From positions 608,001 through 672,000 of the forward strand of contig OY969814.1 in assembly GCA_963703345.1 (NCBI GenBank): a stretch of DNA of 64,000 nucleotides, given 5' to 3'. The position numbers were made by a program, and so were the translations under genes. This document shows, piece by piece, positions 19,477-27,615 of the stretch. This DNA is from an uncultured Chloroflexia bacterium (GTDB taxonomy: Bacteria > Chloroflexota > Dehalococcoidia > DSTF01 > JALHUB01). Under the pieces are notes generated by a model. That model saw only the letters and a program-made list of their open reading frames with translations. It did no database searches and was not told where the DNA came from. Position 1 is the stretch's first letter. Every line of letters begins with the position of its first letter.

Positions 19477-20393
19477 CCGCAATTCAACCTCCTCGGTGGA
19501 CAGCAGACCAATTGGAGGGATCTCGAAAGAAGGCGATAGCGCTCTTCCGGAAAAGCCGCATGGAGGAGCCGCTGGAAGCTTATCTTGACGCGTTCGACAA
19601 ATACAGAGATGCCATGGAGGACCTGTTTGAGAAGACGGTCGACCTGACGCAGCTGGAGAGCGTCGCCAGCGAGGTCTTGTCCGACCCGAGCCATCTTGAG
19701 GCTGTCCGATACCTCCCTGGCCCGCCCATATCCGCCGACGATCTTAAGATTCTTAGTGAGGCGAGTCTGGCGCCGGGGCGTCTGCTGAGAGATACGGAAA
19801 TGGCGCGGAGGGTAATGGGTACCATACTTCTCGGCGTTGATCGGGCCCGATTTCCGTGGCTTTCTGAGAACCGCGAACCGAACGAGGACGAACGCTCCGC
19901 CGCCACACTTGCCTCGGCCGTTCTCATGGCGTATCGGCGAGTGATGACCGCTCGCGCCAACGAGTCGAAGGGGCAGCAAGAGGAGGCCGTGTCTAAAGCC
20001 CTTTGTGAGGCGGGCTTGGAGAAAGTCCACACACGCACGATACATACGCTCACTGATTCCCCAGAGCCGGGCCACTTCTGCGGCGAATGCCTCTTCGGTG
20101 AGCGCAAGGCCGATCTGGTGGTGCGCTTATGGGATGGGCGAGCAATGCCCATCGAATGCAAGGTAAGCAACTCCTACACGAACTCGGTAAAGCGTCTCAA
20201 CAACGACGCTCAGGCCAAGGCGAGATACTGGCTTCAAGCGTTCGGCACTGCTCAAGTCGTACCCTCGGCGGTTCTGACCGGAGTCTACAAACGCCACAAT
20301 CTGGAACAGGCGCAGGACGGGGGATTGACGCTCTTCTGGTCCCATGCTCCCGCTGATCTGACGGACTTCATCGCTCGCGCGACGCGCAAGTAA
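19473..20393 (+). CDS. Type II restriction endonuclease, XamI family-like
   Basis: RKADLVV...MPIECKVSNSYTNSVKRLNNDA PD-(D/E)xK motif; ATGA overlap with the methyltransferase. Confidence 0.8.
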   Translation: MTAIQPPRWTADQLEGSRKKAIALFRKSRMEEPLEAYLDAFDKYRDAMEDLFEKTVDLTQLESVASEVLSDPSHLEAVRYLPGPPISADDLKILSEASLAPGRLLRDTEMARRVMGTILLGVDRARFPWLSENREPNEDERSAATLASAVLMAYRRVMTARANESKGQQEEAVSKALCEAGLEKVHTRTIHTLTDSPEPGHFCGECLFGERKADLVVRLWDGRAMPIECKVSNSYTNSVKRLNNDAQAKARYWLQAFGTAQVVPSAVLTGVYKRHNLEQAQDGGLTLFWSHAPADLTDFIARATRK

Positions 20394-20409
20394 AGAGTGG
20401 CCACGAGCT

Positions 20410-21054
20410 TTAGCGGTGCTGCGCCAGCTGAGTAGCTTCCTCCTCGCACAGCCGCAGCTCCTCCTCCGGGTCCTCCACGCCGACCTCCGTCGCCGCTCGA
20501 CGCCGCGAGTGGATCCCCGCCGTCACCAGTCGCACCTCGTCGTCGACCAGCGCGCTGCGGTCCTCCGGCAGCACCGACCCCCAGATCACCCGCGCTCGAT
20601 ACGGCGCGTAAGAGACGCCCGTGAACTGCTCCAGCAACCTCAGCACCATCTCGCAGCGCTTGCGATAGGCGTTGCTCCGGATCAGACGCTTTCGCTGCAC
20701 CTTCTTCAGCAGCGGGTCCATCTCCACGTTCAGCGCCACGCCCGATAGCCCCTGACGGTTCTCTCCGAACGCCGTCCGCGGCGACTCGCCCAGGTCGTGC
20801 AGCGTGCGGTAGATCAGGTCGACGTAGTCGACGTGCAGCTTCACGCCGCCGCCCTGCAAGAGGTCCAGCAGGTAGGCCCGCGCCCGCTCCGGCAGCTCCC
20901 ATACCGCGCCCGGCCGCACCGCAATGTCCTGCGACTCGCCCACGTTCTCCAGCACCGCAATCGGATTGCCCGAAAGCTCCAGTATCATCGAGAGCTGCGA
21001 CAGCGCCCGGTTCAGCTCCCGCACCGACTCGCTGATCGCCGGCACGTCGGACAC
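20410..21054 (-). pseudogene. Portal protein, 3' fragment (214 codons) of a split gene
   Basis: VSDVPAISESVRELNRALS...LSGVALNVEM...VIWGSVLPED...HSRRRAATEVGVEDPEEE, SPP1-type portal pattern; begins exactly at the att core. Confidence 0.88.
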
Positions 21055-21064
21055 GCCCCAGAAC
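21055..21064 (+). repeat. att core, left copy (GCCCCAGAAC)
   Basis: Identical to 35314-35323; flanking bases differ; coincides with the portal breakpoint. Confidence 0.92.
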
Positions 21065-21249
21065 GTCTAGGGTCAATCCCCCCGTACCATTTGCCATAGC
21101 TATCGAGGAGGCGCGGTAGGCGAGTAGGCGTCAGGCGTAGCCCCCGCGGGGGAAGGGGCTGAGATGAATGGTGTCCTCCGAGAAGTCCGTACCCGTAGCT
21201 GACACAGCCGCCGCGTTGAATCGTTTATACATGTGAAAGAACAGAGGGT

Positions 21250-21471
21250 GTGATGGCCCACAGTAAGTGCGCCTGCGGCAGTGACTTGGTCGCGGTCTGG
21301 GATCCGGTTGACGAGATCTGGCGGATCAAGTGCGACAGCCCGTGGCATAGCAGTCGAGCGCGGGATTCTCTTGAGTCCTTACTGGTGGGGGAGCGGCCAG
21401 GCACCTCCCCTATAACTCCTTCCGAGTACGCAGAGGCTTTGTGTATGGCAGATGAGGAGGACGGCGAGTAG
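21250..21471 (+). CDS. Small Cys/His protein (zinc-ribbon-like)
   Basis: CACG...C-x4-H in 73 aa; GAGGG RBS. Confidence 0.45.
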   Translation: MMAHSKCACGSDLVAVWDPVDEIWRIKCDSPWHSSRARDSLESLLVGERPGTSPITPSEYAEALCMADEEDGE

Positions 21472-21563
21472 GCCCGAAGCCGCTCGACACGGGGCCGGCC
21501 GCGAGGTCGGCCTTCTTGTTGTGCTCGTATGGCCGATAATGCTGTTAGGAGGGAGACAGAGAG

Positions 21564-21881
21564 ATGACGAACGCGGCCAGGGATGAAAAGGACTTCAGGC
21601 CGCTCTCGGAGGCTGGACAAGTCCGCAACGACATGGTTTCTTGGGTCGTGGACTTGGCGCAGTGGCATAGAAAGTGCCCGGTGGAGATCCGGGGCCGAGA
21701 CCCCCGCTCCCACACCCCCGAGTGGCATGTGATCCAGGCCTCCCGATTGGGGGACTTGGCGGACTTCCTCGAAGCCCTGCCAGACGACGACCCGCTCATC
21801 CAGTCAGAGACACGGCAGGCCATGCGAGAGTGGCACGATCAACGGATCGAGGAGTGGTTCGACTATATGGCCAAGTTTTGA
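21564..21881 (+). CDS. Hypothetical protein
   Basis: 105-aa ORF with strong AGGAGGGAG RBS and a downstream hairpin at about 21936-21960. Confidence 0.6.
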   Translation: MTNAARDEKDFRPLSEAGQVRNDMVSWVVDLAQWHRKCPVEIRGRDPRSHTPEWHVIQASRLGDLADFLEALPDDDPLIQSETRQAMREWHDQRIEEWFDYMAKF

Positions 21882-21965
21882 GCGGGGGAGAGCGGAGACG
21901 GCAGCGATTGAGCAGGCACAGAGACGAATCGCACAGGGCCGGCCCCTGCAGGCCGGCCTTTGCGT

Positions 21966-22139
21966 CTATAGGCCGCTGAGGGAACCGGTCAGAGCCCACG
22001 CGATGATCGCGAGCGCGGGCACGACAACTCCCAGGACGTACACTCCCAGGACTGCCGGCGGCACGAAGATGCACCATATCGCCAGGAACGCTATCACGAG
22101 CACGATGAGGGCTATGATCGACAACGCGGCGGGCTTCAT
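21966..22139 (-). CDS. 57-aa two-helix membrane peptide (absent from the ORF track)
   Basis: Manual translation MKPAALSIIALIVLVIAFLAIWCIFVPPAVLGVYVLGVVVPALAIIAWALTGSLSGL; GGAGG RBS. Confidence 0.6.
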   Translation of the reverse strand: MKPAALSIIALIVLVIAFLAIWCIFVPPAVLGVYVLGVVVPALAIIAWALTGSLSGL

Positions 22140-22461
22140 CCTTCGCCTCCCCGCAACGCAGACTGCTCACATCACGTGCACTGGCCGTCTGCAAGATGGG
22201 TTGTCTGGGGCTATAGGATCTTTCCTCCCCCTTTATTAATCGACGCGTGGCCCCAAAAAGGTTGGCTCTCCCCCATAACTTCCATGACTCGGCCTTTTCC
22301 ACGGATGCTGAAGGCCCGCCTGCCCCCCAATTTTCAAACTTCCTGGCCGGCGGGCCCGTCGCCTGTCCTCCGGCGCGACATAAGGGCGTTACGAACTATT
22401 CTCTGCGTCGTTAATGTATGTGAGAGAGCAATTCAGGTGGGGCTATGCGCCAAGAGTATCT

Positions 22462-22517
22462 GAGAGATCCGGCCCAGGGTCTGCCAAGTCCCCACTTGAG
22501 CCCTGGGCCGATCTCTC
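22462..22517 (+). promoter_or_regulatory. Long hairpin immediately upstream of the rep gene
   Basis: GAGAGATCCGGCCCAGGG pairs with CCCTGGGCCGATCTCTC (one bulge); inner CAAGT/ACTTG stem; ends 9 nt before the ATG. Confidence 0.6.
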
Positions 22518-22526
22518 TTAGGTAGC

Positions 22527-23096
22527 ATGACGAAACAGAAGACACGCGACGACGGCTACAACTTCAGCGGCATGCCGATTGTTGGCGTAGGCTGGCGGGC
22601 TATCCCTAATCACTTTTTCGATATCTACCAGCCGATCATGGACGGGGAGTGCCCCGGCATGTTCTCGGTCTTCCTTCACATCTGGCGGCTGACCGTAGGC
22701 CGAGACCAGAAAGACGTCGCGATGAGTATCCGCTGGCTCGCCCATGCCACGAGCATGAGTAGAACGAGGGCCGACGTCTGCATTAGGTGGCTAGTCGCCT
22801 ATGCGTTCTTGAAGTCCACACCTCAGCCCATCAAGGTCGGCCGAGGCCGGAACCTGCAGGCGACAACGTTCCGCTACCGACCGGTCGGGCAGATACTGGA
22901 CGATATCTACACGTTGCCGGATCCGGATGACCCGCGGCCACGGCCATGGCTGTCGCCGAAGTTGCGGAAGATGCTGGCCGCGGAGGCACAGATCGATGCC
23001 CGTGACGGCGTCCCGCCGGGAGCCACCCCTGGCTGCGGGCGGGACGCCGTCGCCCCTGACGGTGGCTGCGGGCGGGACAATAACGTGACACCATGA
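22527..23096 (+). CDS. Phage-type replication initiator (lambda O-like N-terminal winged HTH)
   Basis: WRAIPNHFFD...VFLHIWRLTVG...MSIRWLAHATSMSRTRADVCIRWLV; iteron-like repeats inside the 3' part. Confidence 0.65.
   Translation: MTKQKTRDDGYNFSGMPIVGVGWRAIPNHFFDIYQPIMDGECPGMFSVFLHIWRLTVGRDQKDVAMSIRWLAHATSMSRTRADVCIRWLVAYAFLKSTPQPIKVGRGRNLQATTFRYRPVGQILDDIYTLPDPDDPRPRPWLSPKLRKMLAAEAQIDARDGVPPGATPGCGRDAVAPDGGCGRDNNVTP
23004..23078 (+). repeat. Iteron-like repeats, candidate replication origin
   Basis: TGGCTGCGGGCGGGAC at 23030-23045 and 23063-23078 (33-bp period); inverted copy at 23004-23025 matches 23030-23051 at 20 of 22 positions. Confidence 0.65.
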
Positions 23097-23097
23097 C

Positions 23098-23469
23098 GTG
23101 GACACCCTTGTTGGACTTCTACAACTCTTCTGGCGAGAGACGATGATGAAGCCTATCCGAGTCAAGCACAGCAGCCTAACAGCTCAGGAATTCAGGGATC
23201 GCAACAACACGGGTGAGTCTCCTGCAGACATCCAAGCTGATACTCCTGCCGACCTATCCGTCAAGGCTCTACCGTCCCGGTGGTATGGCTCCCCGCAGTT
23301 CTACCTATCCCCAGCGGCCCGGCAGGTCTATCTATCCCTGCGTCAGCAGCCTGACGTTCTGCTGGATCCGACCCGCTGGGCCCTATCCCTAGGGCTCACG
23401 GAGAATCAGCTAGCCACCGCGCTCCAGGAACTTGAGAACCATGGTTTTGTGTGCTTGTCCAACGACTAG
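23098..23469 (+). CDS. Winged-HTH protein
   Basis: LSPAARQVYLSL...WALSLGLTENQLATALQELENHGFV; likely start at the internal MMKPIR. Confidence 0.6.
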   Translation: MDTLVGLLQLFWRETMMKPIRVKHSSLTAQEFRDRNNTGESPADIQADTPADLSVKALPSRWYGSPQFYLSPAARQVYLSLRQQPDVLLDPTRWALSLGLTENQLATALQELENHGFVCLSND

Positions 23470-23532
23470 CCCCTACCGCCCCGCCCGCGCCGGCGTCAAC
23501 TTCCGCCGGGGTAGGCCGAATCTAGGGATGAG

Positions 23533-23562
23533 AATCTACACACAACTAGTTGTGTGTAGATT
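23533..23562. repeat. Perfect 30-bp palindrome
   Basis: AATCTACACACAACTAGTTGTGTGTAGATT equals its own reverse complement; no spacer. Confidence 0.95.
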
Positions 23563-23573
23563 AGAGGTGTGAA

Positions 23574-24701
23574 ATGGTCAAACGCTATAAGAGCCGTGTT
23601 ACGATAGAGGGGGGCCGCCTCCAAGGGTTTCACCTTGTGAAGCCGACGAAGCCGCGCGTCATCGCGACCTTGCAGGCGACACAAGATATGCTGGCCCAAT
23701 ATGCGGCCCAAGGTGACACGCCCGTTACCTGCCGCCAGATCTTCTATCGATTAGTCTCGCAGCCCGAACTCGGAATCCCAAAGTCGAAGACAGGCAGTAA
23801 CCGTGTCGGGAATCTACTCATCGAGTGGAGGCACGCCGGCTATGTGCGTTGGGGGGATATCCGAGACGATACTGACATCCAACCTGCCCTCCCGCAGACC
23901 TGGGACGACCCCGAGGAATTCCTTCGCGCCTATCTGCCCGATCCGTATAGGTTCCAGCCCTGCCTGCTAGACACGCAGCCTTGGTATATGGAGGTCTATT
24001 GCGAGGCCGGCGGAATGGCGCACCAGTTGGCGCGGGTTGCCCGGCCGAAGGGGATCCTGACTACGGGCTCCGGTGGCTACAACGCCATCACGGGCAAGTG
24101 GCAACTCGTCAGGCGGCTTCGCCGTGAGACTCGTGGCCGGCCAGCCGTCGTGTTTCACCTAGGAGACGCCGATAGCGACGGCGAGTGTATCTACGACTCT
24201 CTGCGCAAGGATGTGTATCTGATCCGCGCACAGGAGACGATGCGGGATGACCACTGGCGGGCGATTGAGGCTCTGGACTACGGAGAAGCCCATTGTGAAA
24301 AGGCTATGAAGGACGCGGCGACCGACGAATTCCGAGAATGGATCAGGCAATTCTATGACGGCGAAGCCGACGATGACGGCCGTTGTTGGGCTTACGATGT
24401 TGAGTTCGTCCGGGTAGCCGTGACCGACGATCAAATCGAGCACTACCACTTGCCAGAAGAGCCGCGCAAGAAGGGCAAGAAGGAACGGAAAGCGTTGACC
24501 TATCACGCAAAGGAAACGCAACTTGAGGCGATGAATCCGACCGACATCCGCACGGAGTTGGCCGCAGCCATCAACGAGTATTGGGATCCCGACGCCGAAA
24601 AAGCGGCAAAGGCAGATGCTGCCGGGCACCGGGAGGTGATCTCGGATATGCGCGGCGAATTTACGAAAGCGCTTGACCTCCACTTCGGCGACCATAGATA
24701 G
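23574..24701 (+). CDS. TOPRIM-domain protein (Topo VI-A/Spo11-like family of mobile elements)
   Basis: N-terminal TCRQIFYRLVS winged helix with Tyr, MEVYCEAGG (conserved Glu), SGGY, HLGDADSDG (DxD), RVAVTDDQIEHYHLP, QLEAM. Confidence 0.75.
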   Translation: MVKRYKSRVTIEGGRLQGFHLVKPTKPRVIATLQATQDMLAQYAAQGDTPVTCRQIFYRLVSQPELGIPKSKTGSNRVGNLLIEWRHAGYVRWGDIRDDTDIQPALPQTWDDPEEFLRAYLPDPYRFQPCLLDTQPWYMEVYCEAGGMAHQLARVARPKGILTTGSGGYNAITGKWQLVRRLRRETRGRPAVVFHLGDADSDGECIYDSLRKDVYLIRAQETMRDDHWRAIEALDYGEAHCEKAMKDAATDEFREWIRQFYDGEADDDGRCWAYDVEFVRVAVTDDQIEHYHLPEEPRKKGKKERKALTYHAKETQLEAMNPTDIRTELAAAINEYWDPDAEKAAKADAAGHREVISDMRGEFTKALDLHFGDHR

Positions 24702-24782
24702 CCTTCGCCCCCCAGCGCCAACGCTCTAGCAAGCGGAATCCAATTTTGGGATTCCGCTTTGCCTCTCATACAGGTTGACTTC

Positions 24783-24811
24783 TTGAGATTGACGCGCCTG
24801 TGTCGTATAAT
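24783..24811 (+). promoter_or_regulatory. Sigma-70 promoter for the HTH-RRM operon
   Basis: TTGAGA-N17-TATAAT, followed by GGGAGG RBS and ATG at 24836. Confidence 0.65.
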
Positions 24812-24835
24812 GAACTTGACAGGGAGGATCGCCTT

Positions 24836-25072
24836 ATGCCCGCCACCGAATTCAGTGTCGCTTCCGCCTACACCGCGCCTCCAACGCCTTCCCCGGGGGT
24901 CTTGCGCAGGATGTGCCAACTAGCGCGTATCCGCCAGAAGGACATCGCCCAAGAACTCGGCGTGACCGAATCTCGCATCTCGTTGCTCTTCGAGCAGAAG
25001 GCTTGCACCCCGCGAGTGGCCCAAGCCGTAATGAAGGCCATCATCAAATTGCAGTCTGAGAAGAGGGGCTAG
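24836..25072 (+). CDS. XRE/Cro-like HTH regulator
   Basis: LRRMCQLARIRQKDIAQELGVTESRISLLFE. Confidence 0.75.
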   Translation: MPATEFSVASAYTAPPTPSPGVLRRMCQLARIRQKDIAQELGVTESRISLLFEQKACTPRVAQAVMKAIIKLQSEKRG

Positions 25073-25074
25073 CT

Positions 25075-25590
25075 ATGGCTCAAACCGATGCCGCCACCCG
25101 TGCCAAACTTTTGGCTGATCTCCGAAGCGCAAACGATTTTCTCGAATCCTTGGGCCCCTGTTCGCTGACCGAAAAACAGTGCCTCGGCTGGGAGAAGGAG
25201 TTCGCCAGCGTCGTCGAAGGGTGCAAGGAACTCGATCACGATTGGATGGCCAAATTGCCTGCCCGCGGATCCGCCGAATTACTCGCCTTTCAAACGCGTT
25301 GGAGCATCTTGTTTACGCGCTTCAGCCATACTTTCGACGCCATTGAAGCCGCCTGCAAAGGCCCGGCAGACTTTTTTGTAGTCGATTCGAGGCTACTCGG
25401 GGACAGCCTCGACGTAGTGGCAAAGGCACTTTCCGGGCTTTTCGACCTGCCGCTAGCCCTGATCACGACCCGCGTATATGGCGCGGCCCCGGTCGAGAAA
25501 TTCCCCGATATGGCCCCGAGCATCCGCGCCGCCCTTCTAGCCGAAGCCGCCAAGCAACCTGAGAAAAAGCCAGAGGGAGATCAGTCGTAG
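25075..25590 (+). CDS. Hypothetical protein
   Basis: 171-aa ORF tightly packed between the HTH and RRM genes. Confidence 0.6.
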   Translation: MAQTDAATRAKLLADLRSANDFLESLGPCSLTEKQCLGWEKEFASVVEGCKELDHDWMAKLPARGSAELLAFQTRWSILFTRFSHTFDAIEAACKGPADFFVVDSRLLGDSLDVVAKALSGLFDLPLALITTRVYGAAPVEKFPDMAPSIRAALLAEAAKQPEKKPEGDQS

Positions 25591-26250
25591 ATGCTGACCA
25601 GGCTCATCCATTGCAGTCCTGTAGCAGCTCCGGCCGAGGTCGCTCTACGCCAGTATTTGGAAGGCTACGGCCCACTAGACAGGTTCACCTCAGTGGCCTG
25701 GCAAACGCCGCCATTTGTCCTTGCCCAATACTCCTCGTTAGAGGCAGCTAACAAACTACTCGCCGGCCCGCCGCTCGTTATAGACGGAGTCCTCATCCTG
25801 ATGGCTCCCGGCCACGCCCGCAATGAGTGCCGACTGTTTCTGGCGAACATTGAGCGGGAGACAGGCGAACAGGAACTATGGGACATCATCGCCGAACGGT
25901 GCGCCGGCCTACTCGATGTCAAGATACTGTCCGGGAAGGGTGTCGGCTTCGTAAGTTTCGAGACGGCGGGGCAGGCAACTGAAGCCCTACAGACCCTGAA
26001 CGGATTGGCGCATCGTGGCCGACCAATCTCCGCCCGTGAATACAGGGACGATCCACCGCCGGCAAGGGATAGACAACAGGGGGCCAGACCGGATCATCTG
26101 GCCAGCAGGGACAGCGCGCCAGTGAACCGACTCGTCTATTCAACGCCTGCGGTCAGCCCAATGCCATCCCGTATACATACAGCACCAGCGCCCCCGAGTA
26201 ACTACCAGCCACGTAAAGGAAGTCGTCGTCGTAAAGATCGTCGAGGGTAG
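25591..26250 (+). CDS. RNA-recognition-motif (RRM) protein, probably two RRMs plus a basic disordered tail
   Basis: RNP2 LFLANI, RNP1 KGVGFVSF, ALQTLNG...GRPI; degenerate first RRM (YLEGYGPL...FVLAQYSSLEAANKLL...IDG). Confidence 0.8.
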   Translation: MLTRLIHCSPVAAPAEVALRQYLEGYGPLDRFTSVAWQTPPFVLAQYSSLEAANKLLAGPPLVIDGVLILMAPGHARNECRLFLANIERETGEQELWDIIAERCAGLLDVKILSGKGVGFVSFETAGQATEALQTLNGLAHRGRPISAREYRDDPPPARDRQQGARPDHLASRDSAPVNRLVYSTPAVSPMPSRIHTAPAPPSNYQPRKGSRRRKDRRG

Positions 26251-26924
26251 GAGGTCAGTCATAGACCTGCGCCTACACATACACAGGCGCGCACCTTACA
26301 AGACGTATACGTATACAGCACACCATCTGCCCGAGAGGACAAGTAGGCAGTGCGTATTAGTCATCACGATCACTACCTATCCGCCGTCAGAGGACGGATA
26401 GTCGCACCACCATTCGGGCAGTGCGTATAGCGAAACGTGCAGGTTAATATCGTCTACGACGTGCGCCGCCTCGTGCGCCACCTGCCTGCCGAAAGGGTTG
26501 CGCCGCCAATCGCGCCACCTTGAGAGCGGGACACCCTAGACGCCCTCGAACGGTCAGCCATTCGTATACAGAACGCCCCGGCAGAGAACGCGTGGGTTGC
26601 GACGAAGGTGCGCAAAATAGGTAGCGGGAAGCGGGATAGGATCCGGCGGCCCCGGGTAGGCGATCTAGCAGGCAAACAGCTACGAATTCGGGCCCGGGCG
26701 GCAGGCAGGAGGCCCCTAGGTCATCGCTTAAGCGCTTCTTTCGGGAACGATCCTGACAACGCTCCCTATCGCGCACGGCAGTGATAATCAAAAAGTAGAG
26801 GAGGAATCAAAAACGCGGCCAGATGACCCGCGCCGGTATAGGCACAGGCGGCAGAATTAATAGCTATAAGGCCTCCACAGGCCGCCTACTGACCGCCTAC
26901 TGGCCTTGAACAAGGAGACTCAAA

Positions 26925-27602
26925 ATGGCCAAATCGCCCAAGACGAAATCGGAACCCGAGACGGATCCGCTAACCGCGCGCCTACAACAGCAACGCACCT
27001 CGCTAATCGCCCAGATCGACACCTGCGAGAAGGCCATCGAAAGCGCCATTTTGGAGAGCGGCACCCGTGTGCTCGGTGCTCGCGGCAACCCGCGGGTCGA
27101 AGACAGCGCTCTCCAGCCCGTCGTCCTTCTGGAGGCGAAGGCGAAGGTGCTGAAGGCGGCCCTGGTAGAACTTGATCGCAAAATCGCCTGTGCGCCACAA
27201 CGCGCCGCGGAATTCGAAGCGGCCATCGCACCACTCGAGCCGGCAATAGCGAAGCGCGACCGCATCCTTGCCGAGGCCACGAAAATGCTCCGAGACCTGC
27301 ACGCCAAACTGCTCGACCTACGGGCCAGCAACAGCGAGGCCGTGATGCTTCTAGGGGCCAGTTATAAGGCTTGGGGCCGTATCGGAAGACCCCCTGAGTT
27401 GGAGCCCCGGTTCACGCCGGTCGCCTTCCCGGCAGACCTACATACGGCGTTTTTCCGAGACACGCCGTTCATCGGCAGCGTAAGTTTGCGCGGCGACAGT
27501 AGCCAGCCGGTGCTCCGAATGCGCGCATCCGCCTTTGACGGCGACGAAGCCGAGGCTTGGGCTCTAGCAGACCCGGAGACGGGCCGGCCATACGGCCTAT
27601 AG
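26925..27602 (+). CDS. Coiled-coil hypothetical protein
   Basis: 225 aa, heptad-rich, AAGGAG RBS, directly upstream of the protease. Confidence 0.65.
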   Translation: MAKSPKTKSEPETDPLTARLQQQRTSLIAQIDTCEKAIESAILESGTRVLGARGNPRVEDSALQPVVLLEAKAKVLKAALVELDRKIACAPQRAAEFEAAIAPLEPAIAKRDRILAEATKMLRDLHAKLLDLRASNSEAVMLLGASYKAWGRIGRPPELEPRFTPVAFPADLHTAFFRDTPFIGSVSLRGDSSQPVLRMRASAFDGDEAEAWALADPETGRPYGL

Positions 27603-27615
27603 GAGAATAGCTATT

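Noticed and set aside
20410-21054. Independent 214-aa gene starting at GTG 21054
   Set aside because: The GTG is the Val codon right after the att core, has no RBS, and the sequence continues the portal
23574-24701. Wadjet (JetD) defence system or topoisomerase VI
   Set aside because: No SMC/JetABC or Topo VI-B genes in the window
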